In this document: positions 1 to 9,594 of the stretch, in pieces
Position numbering within the stretch: position 1 is the stretch's first letter
How the letters are laid out: every line of letters starts with the position of its first letter
Notes under the pieces: model-generated
What the model was told of the DNA's origin: nothing
Database searches by the model: none
What the model saw: only the letters and a program-made list of their open reading frames with translations
Translations under genes and position numbers: made by a program
Source: a virus
Length of the DNA stretch: 64,000 nucleotides
Direction: 5' to 3' (one strand)
IMG/VR virus record: IMGVR_UViG_3300031920_000199

Positions 1-1
1 G

Positions 2-586
2 ATTTGCCGCTCCGACTTCATATTCACCATGGACAGCAAAGACATCTCCAGGGTCATCCGTCCAATCCTGCTTATCAAACAGAAGATACTCCTGCCATAT
101 CTTATGTGAGTGAGTCTCTGCTGTGCCTTCGAAATCAGAGAAGTTAATTATGAACTTGTCTCCTGGAGAAGCTGGGTTCTTAAGACCGATCTTATTAAAA
201 GCCAACAGAAGATACTCTCGGCTGTACTGCATAAGAAGACCGTTCTTGAAGACAAGAGATGCCGTATCCTCAATATCAAATGGAAGATCAATCTCTGTTT
301 CTCCGCCGATAGCTGTCCACGAATATGATTTATGCCAGTGAGGCTGCTCATTCGGGATCCAGTCACTCTCAAGAAATGTGTAATTAAGCCATAGCCTTCT
401 AATATACACTGGTGTATACAGAACGCTCTTGGAGAAATTAGCATGGTAAAGTTCAAGGTATTCCTCGTCCATAACTTGACAGATGGATTCCCAGAACTTG
501 TTGAGCCAACCCTTCTCCTCGTACTCGAGCCAATAGTCGCTCAATGCATTATGCATAAATTGTGGATCAAAACCTTCTACACTCAT
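2..586 (-). CDS. Partial virion structural protein (baseplate wedge-associated), runs off the left edge
   Basis: Hand-translated open frame from ATG 586 (ATGA overlap with baseplate J stop): MSVEGFDPQFMHNALSDYWLEYEEKGWLNKFWESICQV...; no stop to the window edge; position after baseplate J. Confidence 0.6.
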   Translation of the reverse strand, partial: MSVEGFDPQFMHNALSDYWLEYEEKGWLNKFWESICQVMDEEYLELYHANFSKSVLYTPVYIRRLWLNYTFLESDWIPNEQPHWHKSYSWTAIGGETEIDLPFDIEDTASLVFKNGLLMQYSREYLLLAFNKIGLKNPASPGDKFIINFSDFEGTAETHSHKIWQEYLLFDKQDWTDDPGDVFAVHGEYEVGAAN

Positions 587-2571
587 TGCGGCCTCACCTG
601 GAATTGTTCAATTGATTTCGTAAGAGTAAGCGTCCTCGGGACAAACTTGCTTGTCCTGTCAATCTTGACATAATCGAGAGACTCTTGAACAGTTGTACTG
701 CCGTCGATTTCACGGGTATAGCAAGTCATCTTAACTGACACGTCAGATGCCTGGACATATGTGACATTGAAGAACTGGGAGAACTGAATGATATCAGAAG
801 ACTTCAGCGCATCATCGAACTTAATCTCCTTGATATAATGCGTTATTGCCGCTGCTAATTTCGTCTCGTCGATATCTCCCTTATATATTAGCTCCATATC
901 TACAAACGAAGGTATGGCAGACTTCACAAGCAGGCTAGCAGTCAAAATCCTGTTTGTCTCGTTGTCGACAAACTGTTGAGATGAGATGACTGTTGGATCA
1001 GTATTGTATATAAAATCGATCGTAGCGCCAATATAATAGTCTGGACTTGCTGGGTTTGTCTCAAGAAGCCTTATAACAAAGTCATCATCAACAGAGTATC
1101 TAGTATCTGGATCGTTAACAATAATCTCGTAATCAGTACCCTCTACAAGCGTGGCAAGAACATCCCTTGTGATGGGATCGATTGCGGTGACTGACTCAAA
1201 GTTGATTATTGGAAGAGACCATACGCCCTCACTCTCATAGTAGTCTCTTATGATATAATACCAAACACCATCTTCACTCTTTGTAAGATTGACAGGATTG
1301 TCGTCCTGATCTGTTATATTTAACCAGTCGCGCTCAACAGAAGCAATCTTGTACGTTCCCTGGAAAGTACCGTTGACTATTACAATCTGGTCGCTTGTCG
1401 TTGTCTCTCTTACGATGAAGGATGTCTTCAAATCATATATCCTTGACTCTCCAGATCTAAGCTCTCCAGTACGATATGTAGTGTTGATCCTCATGATCTC
1501 AGGTGCATTCTCTATGACCTGGGAAAGGACGGTGTATCCTGTCGTATTGAGATATATATCGACCTTTCCACCGACATGAAGCTGATCTGGGACTGATATG
1601 CCACCAACTCGGTAGAGCACACCAGATCTAGTTTCCGAAAACTGCCTATCTACTGTTATGGTATGCTCCGTAACATGTGTGATTAAATACTGACCTATGT
1701 CAAGTCCATCCATAACGATGAGTGAGTGTCCAGGGCTCACATAATCCGTATAGAAGTTTTTAACATTGTCGGTAAGTATGCCAGGAATGTCGGTGTTATC
1801 GATCGCACCAGTATTTGTTATGGCGATCACGTCAGCTGTTGCCAATGTAAATTCAGCAAGATCCCGCATCATCTCTGGATCACCAAAGCCTATAACATAA
1901 ATCTCTTTGATACCAGTGATCTCTTCTGTCAGGGTACTTACGATACTCTTCTTTGATACAAGGTCCCTAACTGAAATTGCATCCTTCGCTCTTGAGTAAA
2001 GTTCTTCATTCGTATCACTATCAACACCCTCAAAGAACGGAGATGGATTGTTAACCTTTATGACTCCGTCTGGGATATTCGTAGAATATATAACCACATC
2101 TGACGGGACATTATATGCAGTCCCAAGCTCAGCAGCCTCCACCTGAATATCGTAGTAATACAGTAGACCATCATTGTTAATTTCTATCTCTTCTGCGGCA
2201 ATGTAATAGTCTCTGATCGGATTAAAAACAATTCCTTCTCTTGTGCTAAACAGAGAGTCTGTTGTTATCTGAATATCCTGAGGCTCTGTAACATAAATTC
2301 TTACCAATCCATTAGCTTTTCCTCCGCCACGTCTCTCCACAAACATGTTCGCTACCAACATATCCATCTCGTCTTCCAACATGAGAGAATAGTTCTGCAA
2401 CGAAAGGTTTCTCTTGATGATGTTTACCTGGTCGCGGTATGGCTGCATAATGATCGACTGAGGACTTATAAGCATATCTCTGTATGCTGTCCCTTGCCTC
2501 ATGTCAATGTCAGGATAGTTCTCCTGCAACTTTGATACGATGTATTTTTCGATTGGTAGTTCTATAGACAT
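583..2571 (-). CDS. Baseplate J-like wedge protein (T4 gp6/P2 gpJ family)
   Basis: 662 aa; N-terminal DMRQGTAYRDML, RRGGGKANGLVRIY, GVDSDTNEELYSRAKDAISVR, IYVIGFGDPEMMRD motifs typical of baseplate J; follows a gp25-like gene. Confidence 0.8.
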   Translation of the reverse strand: MSIELPIEKYIVSKLQENYPDIDMRQGTAYRDMLISPQSIIMQPYRDQVNIIKRNLSLQNYSLMLEDEMDMLVANMFVERRGGGKANGLVRIYVTEPQDIQITTDSLFSTREGIVFNPIRDYYIAAEEIEINNDGLLYYYDIQVEAAELGTAYNVPSDVVIYSTNIPDGVIKVNNPSPFFEGVDSDTNEELYSRAKDAISVRDLVSKKSIVSTLTEEITGIKEIYVIGFGDPEMMRDLAEFTLATADVIAITNTGAIDNTDIPGILTDNVKNFYTDYVSPGHSLIVMDGLDIGQYLITHVTEHTITVDRQFSETRSGVLYRVGGISVPDQLHVGGKVDIYLNTTGYTVLSQVIENAPEIMRINTTYRTGELRSGESRIYDLKTSFIVRETTTSDQIVIVNGTFQGTYKIASVERDWLNITDQDDNPVNLTKSEDGVWYYIIRDYYESEGVWSLPIINFESVTAIDPITRDVLATLVEGTDYEIIVNDPDTRYSVDDDFVIRLLETNPASPDYYIGATIDFIYNTDPTVISSQQFVDNETNRILTASLLVKSAIPSFVDMELIYKGDIDETKLAAAITHYIKEIKFDDALKSSDIIQFSQFFNVTYVQASDVSVKMTCYTREIDGSTTVQESLDYVKIDRTSKFVPRTLTLTKSIEQFQVRPQ

Positions 2572-2581
2572 ATCTTATTCC

Positions 2582-3004
2582 TCAAATGACAATTATTGTA
2601 AGGTTACTGTTTCCAGCCTTGTTATACACACGAAGCGTAACATACCAAGTCATATCAGCTTCATCAAACGTAATCTCTTCAAGAACGACCTCATCAAGCA
2701 TCTCTGTTTTATCGAGATTGCTTCCCATTTGAGATTCTATAATATCACTTTCCATCTTGTTGATAGATGATGCAACAGTAGTTAATACCTGTTCTTTTGT
2801 CTTTTCGCTGTGTGTCATCGGGAGTGATCTTCTGAGACCAACACCTATATCTGGTGAGAAGATATCCCTGCCTGGGGTACGCTTCAGATACAAAGTAACC
2901 TCTTGAATAAGCTTATTTATACCTCGTGATGTGATGGATAGATTCGTGCTTGTCGAATGTAGGTAATTATACTTGTTAGCTGTAAGCACCTGTATGTCTT
3001 TCAT
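2582..3004 (-). CDS. gp25-like baseplate wedge / sheath initiator
   Basis: 140 aa; RGINKLIQEVTLYLKRTPGRDIFSPDIGVGL resembles the gp25/GPW pattern; immediately upstream of baseplate J. Confidence 0.65.
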   Translation of the reverse strand: MKDIQVLTANKYNYLHSTSTNLSITSRGINKLIQEVTLYLKRTPGRDIFSPDIGVGLRRSLPMTHSEKTKEQVLTTVASSINKMESDIIESQMGSNLDKTEMLDEVVLEEITFDEADMTWYVTLRVYNKAGNSNLTIIVI

Positions 3005-4875
3005 TTTGACACTCCGAAGTGTTTTCCTATATCCTTTATCCAGTTATGGAACGTCTTTATCGATAGTATTTCTTCCTTAGCACTATCCGTTGCTTTCTTC
3101 TGCTGTACCTCCATCGTTCTTGAATTATATCTCTTCTGAAAATTAGTCTTTTCAATTCTGTCCTTTGATAGTTCTATTTTGTCAACAATACTCTGATCTG
3201 TTGACTCATTCACGCACTCCTTTGCTTCTGTCAGCTGCTTGTTCAGAGATCCAGTTGTAGATGCGCTCTGAGCGTCGGAGCTGAATATACCTTTCCAATC
3301 ACCAGTCTTAAATGCGGATGCCACCTTATCAAATCCCATGTCATCTGCCATCCCGCGGATATCAGTTACGATGCTCTTTCCCTCTTCCAGAACAGATGTC
3401 CCTCCATCTTCTCTGAGAGATTTAACAACATCTGGCACGGCCAGAAGGACATCGACTATCAATGATGACTTGTCTAGCTGATCATCAATGATCCTAACAA
3501 TCTCATTCTTTCTCCACTCGATATGCGCAAGACTCGTGTTGACAGATATCTTCTGTGTGCATTCAGAATGAAATCGCCTTAGGTGGAATATAAGATCCGT
3601 CATGCTGGCGGAAGACTCATAGAAATCAATATTACTTAGATCATCACCTATCTCATCGAATATAGTTCTATATCCATCTGGATCGCTTTCAATATAGTCA
3701 TCCAGAACTTTGTATGTATTTTCCATAAGCGCATGTATTACATTAAGCCTCATAATCCATGATGCCATCTTTTTGATTAGTTTGAGTCTAACTCTGCTCG
3801 AGATAGTCTCTTCCATCTCACGTATTATATTCCGTATCTGAACCTGTATGTTGGCTATCAATGTTGCAGCCATGTTGTCAAATCTTGAGTTCTCCAACAG
3901 GTTCTCAGCAAAGTCTTGTATGTTCAGCTTATGCTTGTCTATACCATCCTGAACCTTTTCCAGCCTATCGGTAAGTCTGCCAAGGGCCACCAGAAGAAGC
4001 TGAACCTCAACCATTCCAAAGTCAAGTGCTATGCCACTGTAATCGCTCAAATCTTCTATTGCCAACTTAACGTGGTCATCAGCCTCTTTGAACATACTGT
4101 TATCAAACAGATGCTGATATGTCTTTCTTCTTACTATCATCAGCTTCTGATCTGCTGAATTTAATTCGTCCTTGGCATCAATTATTCTCTGTTTGATATT
4201 TAATCCATACCAGCCTGGATCAAGATGCAGAAACTCGTCATATATCTCTATAACTATTTCCTTTATAGCAACGAGCAGTCCGCGCCTAAGAAGATTCTTT
4301 GTCCCAAATGCTTCTGTGCAGTCCTGCGCTATCGCCCACACACTCTTCGGCTCATGGATGAATGCCAATGCCGTTAGGACTGAGAATTTCTGGAAGTTTC
4401 TATTGTCTTCTCCTATTGCATTAGATCCTATTGTTGCGGCGATACCGAATGTACCTATCACGACCTGCTTCAGACGAGCCTTCGCCGTAGTTGATCCGAT
4501 TATATTACCCATTGACTCAGTTGTATCTTTGTCGGTCTCGCTTGTCTTGTCAAGAACGAAATCCATGTCTGAATTTTCAGCAGACTGAATGTTCCCGCTT
4601 TCCTTTCCTGGGTCGAGAATCTTGTCTATACCAGACCCAAGCAATGCGAGCACTTGGCCTTTGTCCTTATCCTTAATATCGCTAAAGGAGAATGCTGAAA
4701 GACCAGTCGCAAGGATGGTTCCCATCTTCGACTTAACGAACTTCTTTACATTCTCAGTAGCAAGACCCATCTTCTCGAAGAATGTAACATTGTCCGCTAC
4801 GTTTTTAGACTCTTCCTCGACCTGAGCCTCACCCTCCTCAACTAACTGTTCTGCGTTTTCTTTGCAAGTAGCCAT
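3001..4875 (-). CDS. Hypothetical 624-aa helical protein in the baseplate operon
   Basis: Long ORF with overlapping start/stop codons on both sides; no recognisable motif. Confidence 0.7.
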   Translation of the reverse strand: MATCKENAEQLVEEGEAQVEEESKNVADNVTFFEKMGLATENVKKFVKSKMGTILATGLSAFSFSDIKDKDKGQVLALLGSGIDKILDPGKESGNIQSAENSDMDFVLDKTSETDKDTTESMGNIIGSTTAKARLKQVVIGTFGIAATIGSNAIGEDNRNFQKFSVLTALAFIHEPKSVWAIAQDCTEAFGTKNLLRRGLLVAIKEIVIEIYDEFLHLDPGWYGLNIKQRIIDAKDELNSADQKLMIVRRKTYQHLFDNSMFKEADDHVKLAIEDLSDYSGIALDFGMVEVQLLLVALGRLTDRLEKVQDGIDKHKLNIQDFAENLLENSRFDNMAATLIANIQVQIRNIIREMEETISSRVRLKLIKKMASWIMRLNVIHALMENTYKVLDDYIESDPDGYRTIFDEIGDDLSNIDFYESSASMTDLIFHLRRFHSECTQKISVNTSLAHIEWRKNEIVRIIDDQLDKSSLIVDVLLAVPDVVKSLREDGGTSVLEEGKSIVTDIRGMADDMGFDKVASAFKTGDWKGIFSSDAQSASTTGSLNKQLTEAKECVNESTDQSIVDKIELSKDRIEKTNFQKRYNSRTMEVQQKKATDSAKEEILSIKTFHNWIKDIGKHFGVSK

Positions 4876-5573
4876 TATCGATACCTGTCCATTTTTTCAC
4901 CTATGCTTCTCTTAAGCTGACTGACCTTGGAAGGAGAGACTTTTAGTTTCTTTGCGATATCATTACCGCTCAGTTTATTCTTTCCATGAGAACCAATAGT
5001 GTAATCATATACAGACTGCTCTTGTGGAGACAATTCAAAGTAAATGTAATTGAGAACTTCTCTACTGGGGTCGCTGGATATGTATCCAAAGTCGCTCATA
5101 GCATCTGTTGGGGCTATATCCTTTCTGAGTTCCTTATCCATCCTCTCAACTTCCTGTATAGGCCACGATAGCTCATCAGACAACTCTACTTGAGATGGCT
5201 CTCTACCAAACTTCGTCTCAAGATTTGATTTCACGTTGTTGAATGTCTGAATCTTAATCACACGCTCTTCTGGTATATAACCAACGTTCTGCCTGCTGTA
5301 TACATACCTGTTTAGCTTCTTCATCCAGTTCGTTGTGTGAGTTGAGAGCTTTGTATTCCTATCTGGATTGTATGTCTCGAAAGACTTAACAGCCCACTTC
5401 TTTGCTTCCAGGTTAAGAGCAGAGTTTGGTATTGGCGCATTCTTAAACTTATTGACATTAGACTGGATTGTCGGACTCATATAGTCCAGAAGGTCGTTCA
5501 GGTTACCTGGACTGCGATCAACATTCCATTTCTTCCACAGATCCATCTCTTGACTTGCGCTTCTATCTACCAT
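4875..5573 (-). CDS. RNA polymerase sigma factor (sigma-70 family, group 3-like)
   Basis: 232 aa; region 2 (FETYNPDRNTKLSTHTTNW), region 3 (FGREPSQVELSDELSW) and region 4 HTH (LSGNDIAKKLKVSPSKVSQLK). Confidence 0.85.
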   Translation of the reverse strand: MVDRSASQEMDLWKKWNVDRSPGNLNDLLDYMSPTIQSNVNKFKNAPIPNSALNLEAKKWAVKSFETYNPDRNTKLSTHTTNWMKKLNRYVYSRQNVGYIPEERVIKIQTFNNVKSNLETKFGREPSQVELSDELSWPIQEVERMDKELRKDIAPTDAMSDFGYISSDPSREVLNYIYFELSPQEQSVYDYTIGSHGKNKLSGNDIAKKLKVSPSKVSQLKRSIGEKMDRYR

Positions 5574-7542
5574 CGATTATTCCTTTATATTTTTGGATGA
5601 CTCCTTTGACAACGCCTTTCTTATGTTCTTTGCTGAATGACGATACAAAATTATACTCACCACCTTTCCCTGGCACTGAGTAGTCAAACGGATTTGGAGA
5701 TGTCAATCCATCATAAGACCAAGAATTATCGACACCTAGTCCTTTTTCATTCTCTTCCTCTATCTTCATCCCATAATGTTTTTTTACATCTGCGATATGC
5801 GCTATGCTCCTAAATGTAAACTTATTGATGTACTGGTGAACATTCCCGTTCTTTACATTCTCATAATAGTATCCTTCAGATTTACCCTCGAGACTGAATA
5901 GGGTATTGACGATCTCTGCCAGCGTTAGCGACTTTCCGTAACTAAGAGACTGAAGAGAAGAGCATCCAATTAGGTCGTAATATGTATCTGATATAGAGCT
6001 TGGACTGAATGCCTGAGATATGAATGGAGGCATCTTAACATCTGGAACACCAAGAGCCAGAGGTCTTATCATATTGGTATTCACCTGGGTTGAGCATGAC
6101 CCTCCAGCATCTATCGAATGGGTTACAGATAGAACATATCCAGTTACAGAAGCATACTTGTCAAGGTATACAAGTGGAAAGTCTGCAACTATCTGCGGTG
6201 AAAACTTTAGCATAAATGACTGCGTATTGTTTATGAGGGTATACACATCATGCTGATAATTCGACATCATCTTTAGTCTTTCATTCGACTTCAGATCACC
6301 ATCGGTGTCAATTGAGAACAACTCTGACGGAAGCGTTATATTTTGAGCTATAAGAGCACCTTCTATTTCAGACTGAAGATAAAACATCTGATCGTTTGAC
6401 TCTACTGACTCGTTACCAGAAGTAATTGCGCCAGATGGAAGAGAATCTCTTATCTCTGCACCATCCTTAATCCCAAGCTCAAGATTCATCTTATCAGCTA
6501 TCTCGCTTGGTGCAATATATACCGAATTAGATCCAGACTTCTGAGACCCTATTTTCTGGCTTATAAATGATCTTGTGGGTGAATTAAGATAGTTTACGTT
6601 ATTATTAGTGTTCATGCATTGGTCTGGAAAAATAATATTGCTTAATGGCGGAGTAGCGAAATATAATTCTGGCTTCAATATAAACTGAGACAACTCATTC
6701 GTACCTTGATTGTATTTACATGGGCCAATGTTAACATAATTATAGTAAGTCAGCTTTAGCATCTTCTCAAGCAGCGCTGATACTGGTACCTCGCCAGAAA
6801 GGCTATTTCCTATTTGGTCTACAAATGTTTTAAGCTTAACAGCATTAAATATCTGAGTGATCGCCTCATCATTGATTGAATTGAACTTCTTTGAGAACCG
6901 TATCCTATCCGTATGAAACTTCAATAGCGGCATATTGTCAGACCATGAATCTAAAAAAGCATTGCATATCTCTGCCATGGACTGCCTTACATTCTTCTTT
7001 CCAGCTGGTTTTGCATCCGCAGGAAGAGACTCATCGACTCCCTTTTTTACATTTCTTCTGTTCGGGTCGAAATATTTGCTAACCCAGTTAACAAACGACT
7101 GAGCCACAATCTTGAACTCTTTCTGTCCAACAAAAACTTTCTTCGTACTATACTTTGGATCGAACATCTTATGGTTAAAAAGCGAAACCTTTGTTGCCTC
7201 CATGTACGACATATAGTCATTGCACATCAGTGTGAAGCTGGATCCAGCTGGAGTCTTTCCAAACCCATATCCAGTAACTACACCCTCCCAGAGAAGATAC
7301 CATCTAGATCTTGTCGGATTATACTGCAGCCTAGTAATATCATCCTTGTCGCTATCCCAGAAGTATGGACTCTGGTAGAATATATGAACGATGGAAAATC
7401 TTCGTATATTTGGCGCACTAAAAGATGACGGCATGCTTATCGTAGCAGACGACATCTTATTTGCCTCAAATGAGACAGATGCATTCGAGAACGGTATCTT
7501 CTCGCCTTCTAGGTATACAGCAAAGTTGCTTCTTTCAATCAT
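5563..7542 (-). CDS. Putative baseplate hub / tail-tip protein
   Basis: 659 aa with beta-rich N-terminus; late VTGYVLSVTHSIDAGGSCSTQVN segment resembles hub (gp27/gpD-like) proteins; position between tape measure and wedge genes. Confidence 0.55.
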   Translation of the reverse strand: MIERSNFAVYLEGEKIPFSNASVSFEANKMSSATISMPSSFSAPNIRRFSIVHIFYQSPYFWDSDKDDITRLQYNPTRSRWYLLWEGVVTGYGFGKTPAGSSFTLMCNDYMSYMEATKVSLFNHKMFDPKYSTKKVFVGQKEFKIVAQSFVNWVSKYFDPNRRNVKKGVDESLPADAKPAGKKNVRQSMAEICNAFLDSWSDNMPLLKFHTDRIRFSKKFNSINDEAITQIFNAVKLKTFVDQIGNSLSGEVPVSALLEKMLKLTYYNYVNIGPCKYNQGTNELSQFILKPELYFATPPLSNIIFPDQCMNTNNNVNYLNSPTRSFISQKIGSQKSGSNSVYIAPSEIADKMNLELGIKDGAEIRDSLPSGAITSGNESVESNDQMFYLQSEIEGALIAQNITLPSELFSIDTDGDLKSNERLKMMSNYQHDVYTLINNTQSFMLKFSPQIVADFPLVYLDKYASVTGYVLSVTHSIDAGGSCSTQVNTNMIRPLALGVPDVKMPPFISQAFSPSSISDTYYDLIGCSSLQSLSYGKSLTLAEIVNTLFSLEGKSEGYYYENVKNGNVHQYINKFTFRSIAHIADVKKHYGMKIEEENEKGLGVDNSWSYDGLTSPNPFDYSVPGKGGEYNFVSSFSKEHKKGVVKGVIQKYKGIIDGR

Positions 7543-8786
7543 TTTCTACTCGTTGTATTTGTATGGACTGCGTTCTTGGCTTCCGAATTAGCCACAATTA
7601 TCTTATCCAGTGCAAGCATTGTTTCCTTCTCTACATACATCTGGAACGACATGCTAACTCCCTTTGGAGAGTCTGCCGTCTGATTTATATTAATGTTAAG
7701 CAATGCTCCCTCAAGCATCATCTCGTCGAATGTCAGGAGCATCCTGTAGTTATTCTCTGCTACCATTGTACCACGAAGATATCTATTGTATGCATCGAAG
7801 AACTCATCTCTCCACAGCACATTTTCTGCATTTAATAGCGTACCGTTGAACTGATATATCTTTGCCCTCTGGTCATAGAATATAATCGCTGGCTCTCCGA
7901 ATGTTTCTACCACCTGGAACTTCTCTGTATTTGGCCTATTGATACCCTGAAGGATAAAATGATCTGTCTGATACACCTGATCTTCCAGTTTGCTCTCAGC
8001 TAGGATTTGATCCTTTACCCTCTGTATATCTTCAGGATTTGCGTCTGCTGCCTCGAGTATCTGCAGGCGATAGTTCAGGGCTGTCTGGTTGACTTCCTTC
8101 TGTTCTTTCCTGGTGCGCTGAGTAACAGTTATAAGGGCTGGGAAATCTACCTTCCTACCAAGTATAGACATAAGATAATCACGCTTTTGTATTCTAAGCG
8201 GATCTGGCTGGGCCTTCTGGTATACAGATTGATACATTTTGTAATCACCAGTTGCTGTTGATGCAAACATCATACTGCGATATAATTCGTTCGCTTTATC
8301 CCCAAGAATATTGACATATTCTCTAGCCTTCTCTATCGTAGTTTCCAAATCATTATCAACGCGAGCTTGGAACTGCCTCGATAATCCAATGAATGAGCTT
8401 TTTGCTACTTTTACCAGATTTCCGATAATTCCAAGGCTGAGCACATCCTTACCAAGAACCTTTGGAAACGTTTTGCTCTTCTCCGCTTCTTCTTTTATTT
8501 CCCTGGTTATCTTCTGTGTCTTAACGCCCATGTTAACAATAGGTTCTTTCGCAGATGTCTTAAGGTCATTATCGGATGGTTTCGGATCTGAATCTTCTTG
8601 AGATTTTAGCCAGAATCCTGGCTCTACCCTCACGAAAGATCCCTGCAGTGTATTACCTGGAGACCATGACGTGTCAATATCACGTGGACCGAAGCCATGC
8701 TTTCTAGTAAAGTTCCTATCAGTATTTAACGTGCCACTTACATATCTAACGCCTTTATTCTTTAGTTTAACTAGATATTTTGCCAT
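7539..8786 (-). CDS. Putative tail-tube initiator / tail-associated protein
   Basis: 415 aa; C-terminal FILQGINRPNTEKFQVVETFGEPAIIFYDQRAKIYQFNGTLLN looks tube-fold-like; synteny. Confidence 0.45.
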   Translation of the reverse strand: MAKYLVKLKNKGVRYVSGTLNTDRNFTRKHGFGPRDIDTSWSPGNTLQGSFVRVEPGFWLKSQEDSDPKPSDNDLKTSAKEPIVNMGVKTQKITREIKEEAEKSKTFPKVLGKDVLSLGIIGNLVKVAKSSFIGLSRQFQARVDNDLETTIEKAREYVNILGDKANELYRSMMFASTATGDYKMYQSVYQKAQPDPLRIQKRDYLMSILGRKVDFPALITVTQRTRKEQKEVNQTALNYRLQILEAADANPEDIQRVKDQILAESKLEDQVYQTDHFILQGINRPNTEKFQVVETFGEPAIIFYDQRAKIYQFNGTLLNAENVLWRDEFFDAYNRYLRGTMVAENNYRMLLTFDEMMLEGALLNININQTADSPKGVSMSFQMYVEKETMLALDKIIVANSEAKNAVHTNTTSRK

Positions 8787-9061
8787 TATTCTGGAACCTC
8801 ATTAGTCTTAGCATTAAATGCCTCATCAGCCTGACTATTGGGATATCTATCTGCTATCTCCATGAATGACCATAGATCATTATTCGCTGCATTTATTGTG
8901 TTCTTTAGGCTATCCACATCTGCCCCAATACTGTTAACATCGATCATAGTGTTTAGATTTTCTGTAATCGTCAGAGCTTTAAGCATAGCAACATTCTTTG
9001 TTAACAGAAAGTTGTTATCATTTAATAGTGGCATATCATTCTCCTGAGGCAAGCCTCTCAA
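8786..9061 (-). CDS. Hypothetical protein
   Basis: 91 aa, overlaps both neighbours in the tail operon. Confidence 0.55.
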   Translation of the reverse strand: MRGLPQENDMPLLNDNNFLLTKNVAMLKALTITENLNTMIDVNSIGADVDSLKNTINAANNDLWSFMEIADRYPNSQADEAFNAKTNEVPE

Positions 9062-9449
9062 GACCCATCATCTCCAGTACATCAGGTATAATATGATTTA
9101 TATTCTCCTGATCCCTATAGAATAGGAACTCGTCTTTTTTCAGAATAGGACTTAATTCAAGATCTTCCATCTCTGCCAAATAGGCATCATACTCGCCATC
9201 TCTTTCTTCTTCTGTCAAAGGATCATGATAGATAAGCCTGTCTTTTATGTTTGATATGGTAACTGGATTGTCGATATCCCTGGCACCGCTCCTAAGTCTA
9301 TCTATCATCTCTATTGCTCTTGCGGCAGCGAAATACTGAACCTCAACTAAAACCTTTGGCTCTATCCGCATGAATGCTACATTCTGATTCTCCGACAAGA
9401 GCTTATTTGTCTCTGGAGGATCTTTTATCTTATTAAAATCAAGAGCCAT
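9036..9449 (-). CDS. Hypothetical protein
   Basis: 137 aa; strong RBS (GGAGGT) upstream. Confidence 0.7.
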   Translation of the reverse strand: MALDFNKIKDPPETNKLLSENQNVAFMRIEPKVLVEVQYFAAARAIEMIDRLRSGARDIDNPVTISNIKDRLIYHDPLTEEERDGEYDAYLAEMEDLELSPILKKDEFLFYRDQENINHIIPDVLEMMGLERLASGE

Positions 9450-9594
9450 TCTTACCTCCTCGCTTTCTCTTTTTCTTCGGTGCTGTCACAGAGTTTACCT
9501 TATTTACAAGAGCAACAACACTATCCCAGTAAATATTAGACCTCTCTCTGAGCATATCAGTGCCATCCTTCATCATTCTTGGAATTCCATTCAT
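9439..9594 (-). CDS. Small basic hypothetical protein (51 aa)
   Basis: Hand-found; ATG overlaps the tape-measure stop (TAATG); MNGIPRMMKDGTDML...PKKKRKRGGKNGS; fills the gap exactly. Confidence 0.4.
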   Translation of the reverse strand: MNGIPRMMKDGTDMLRERSNIYWDSVVALVNKVNSVTAPKKKRKRGGKNGS

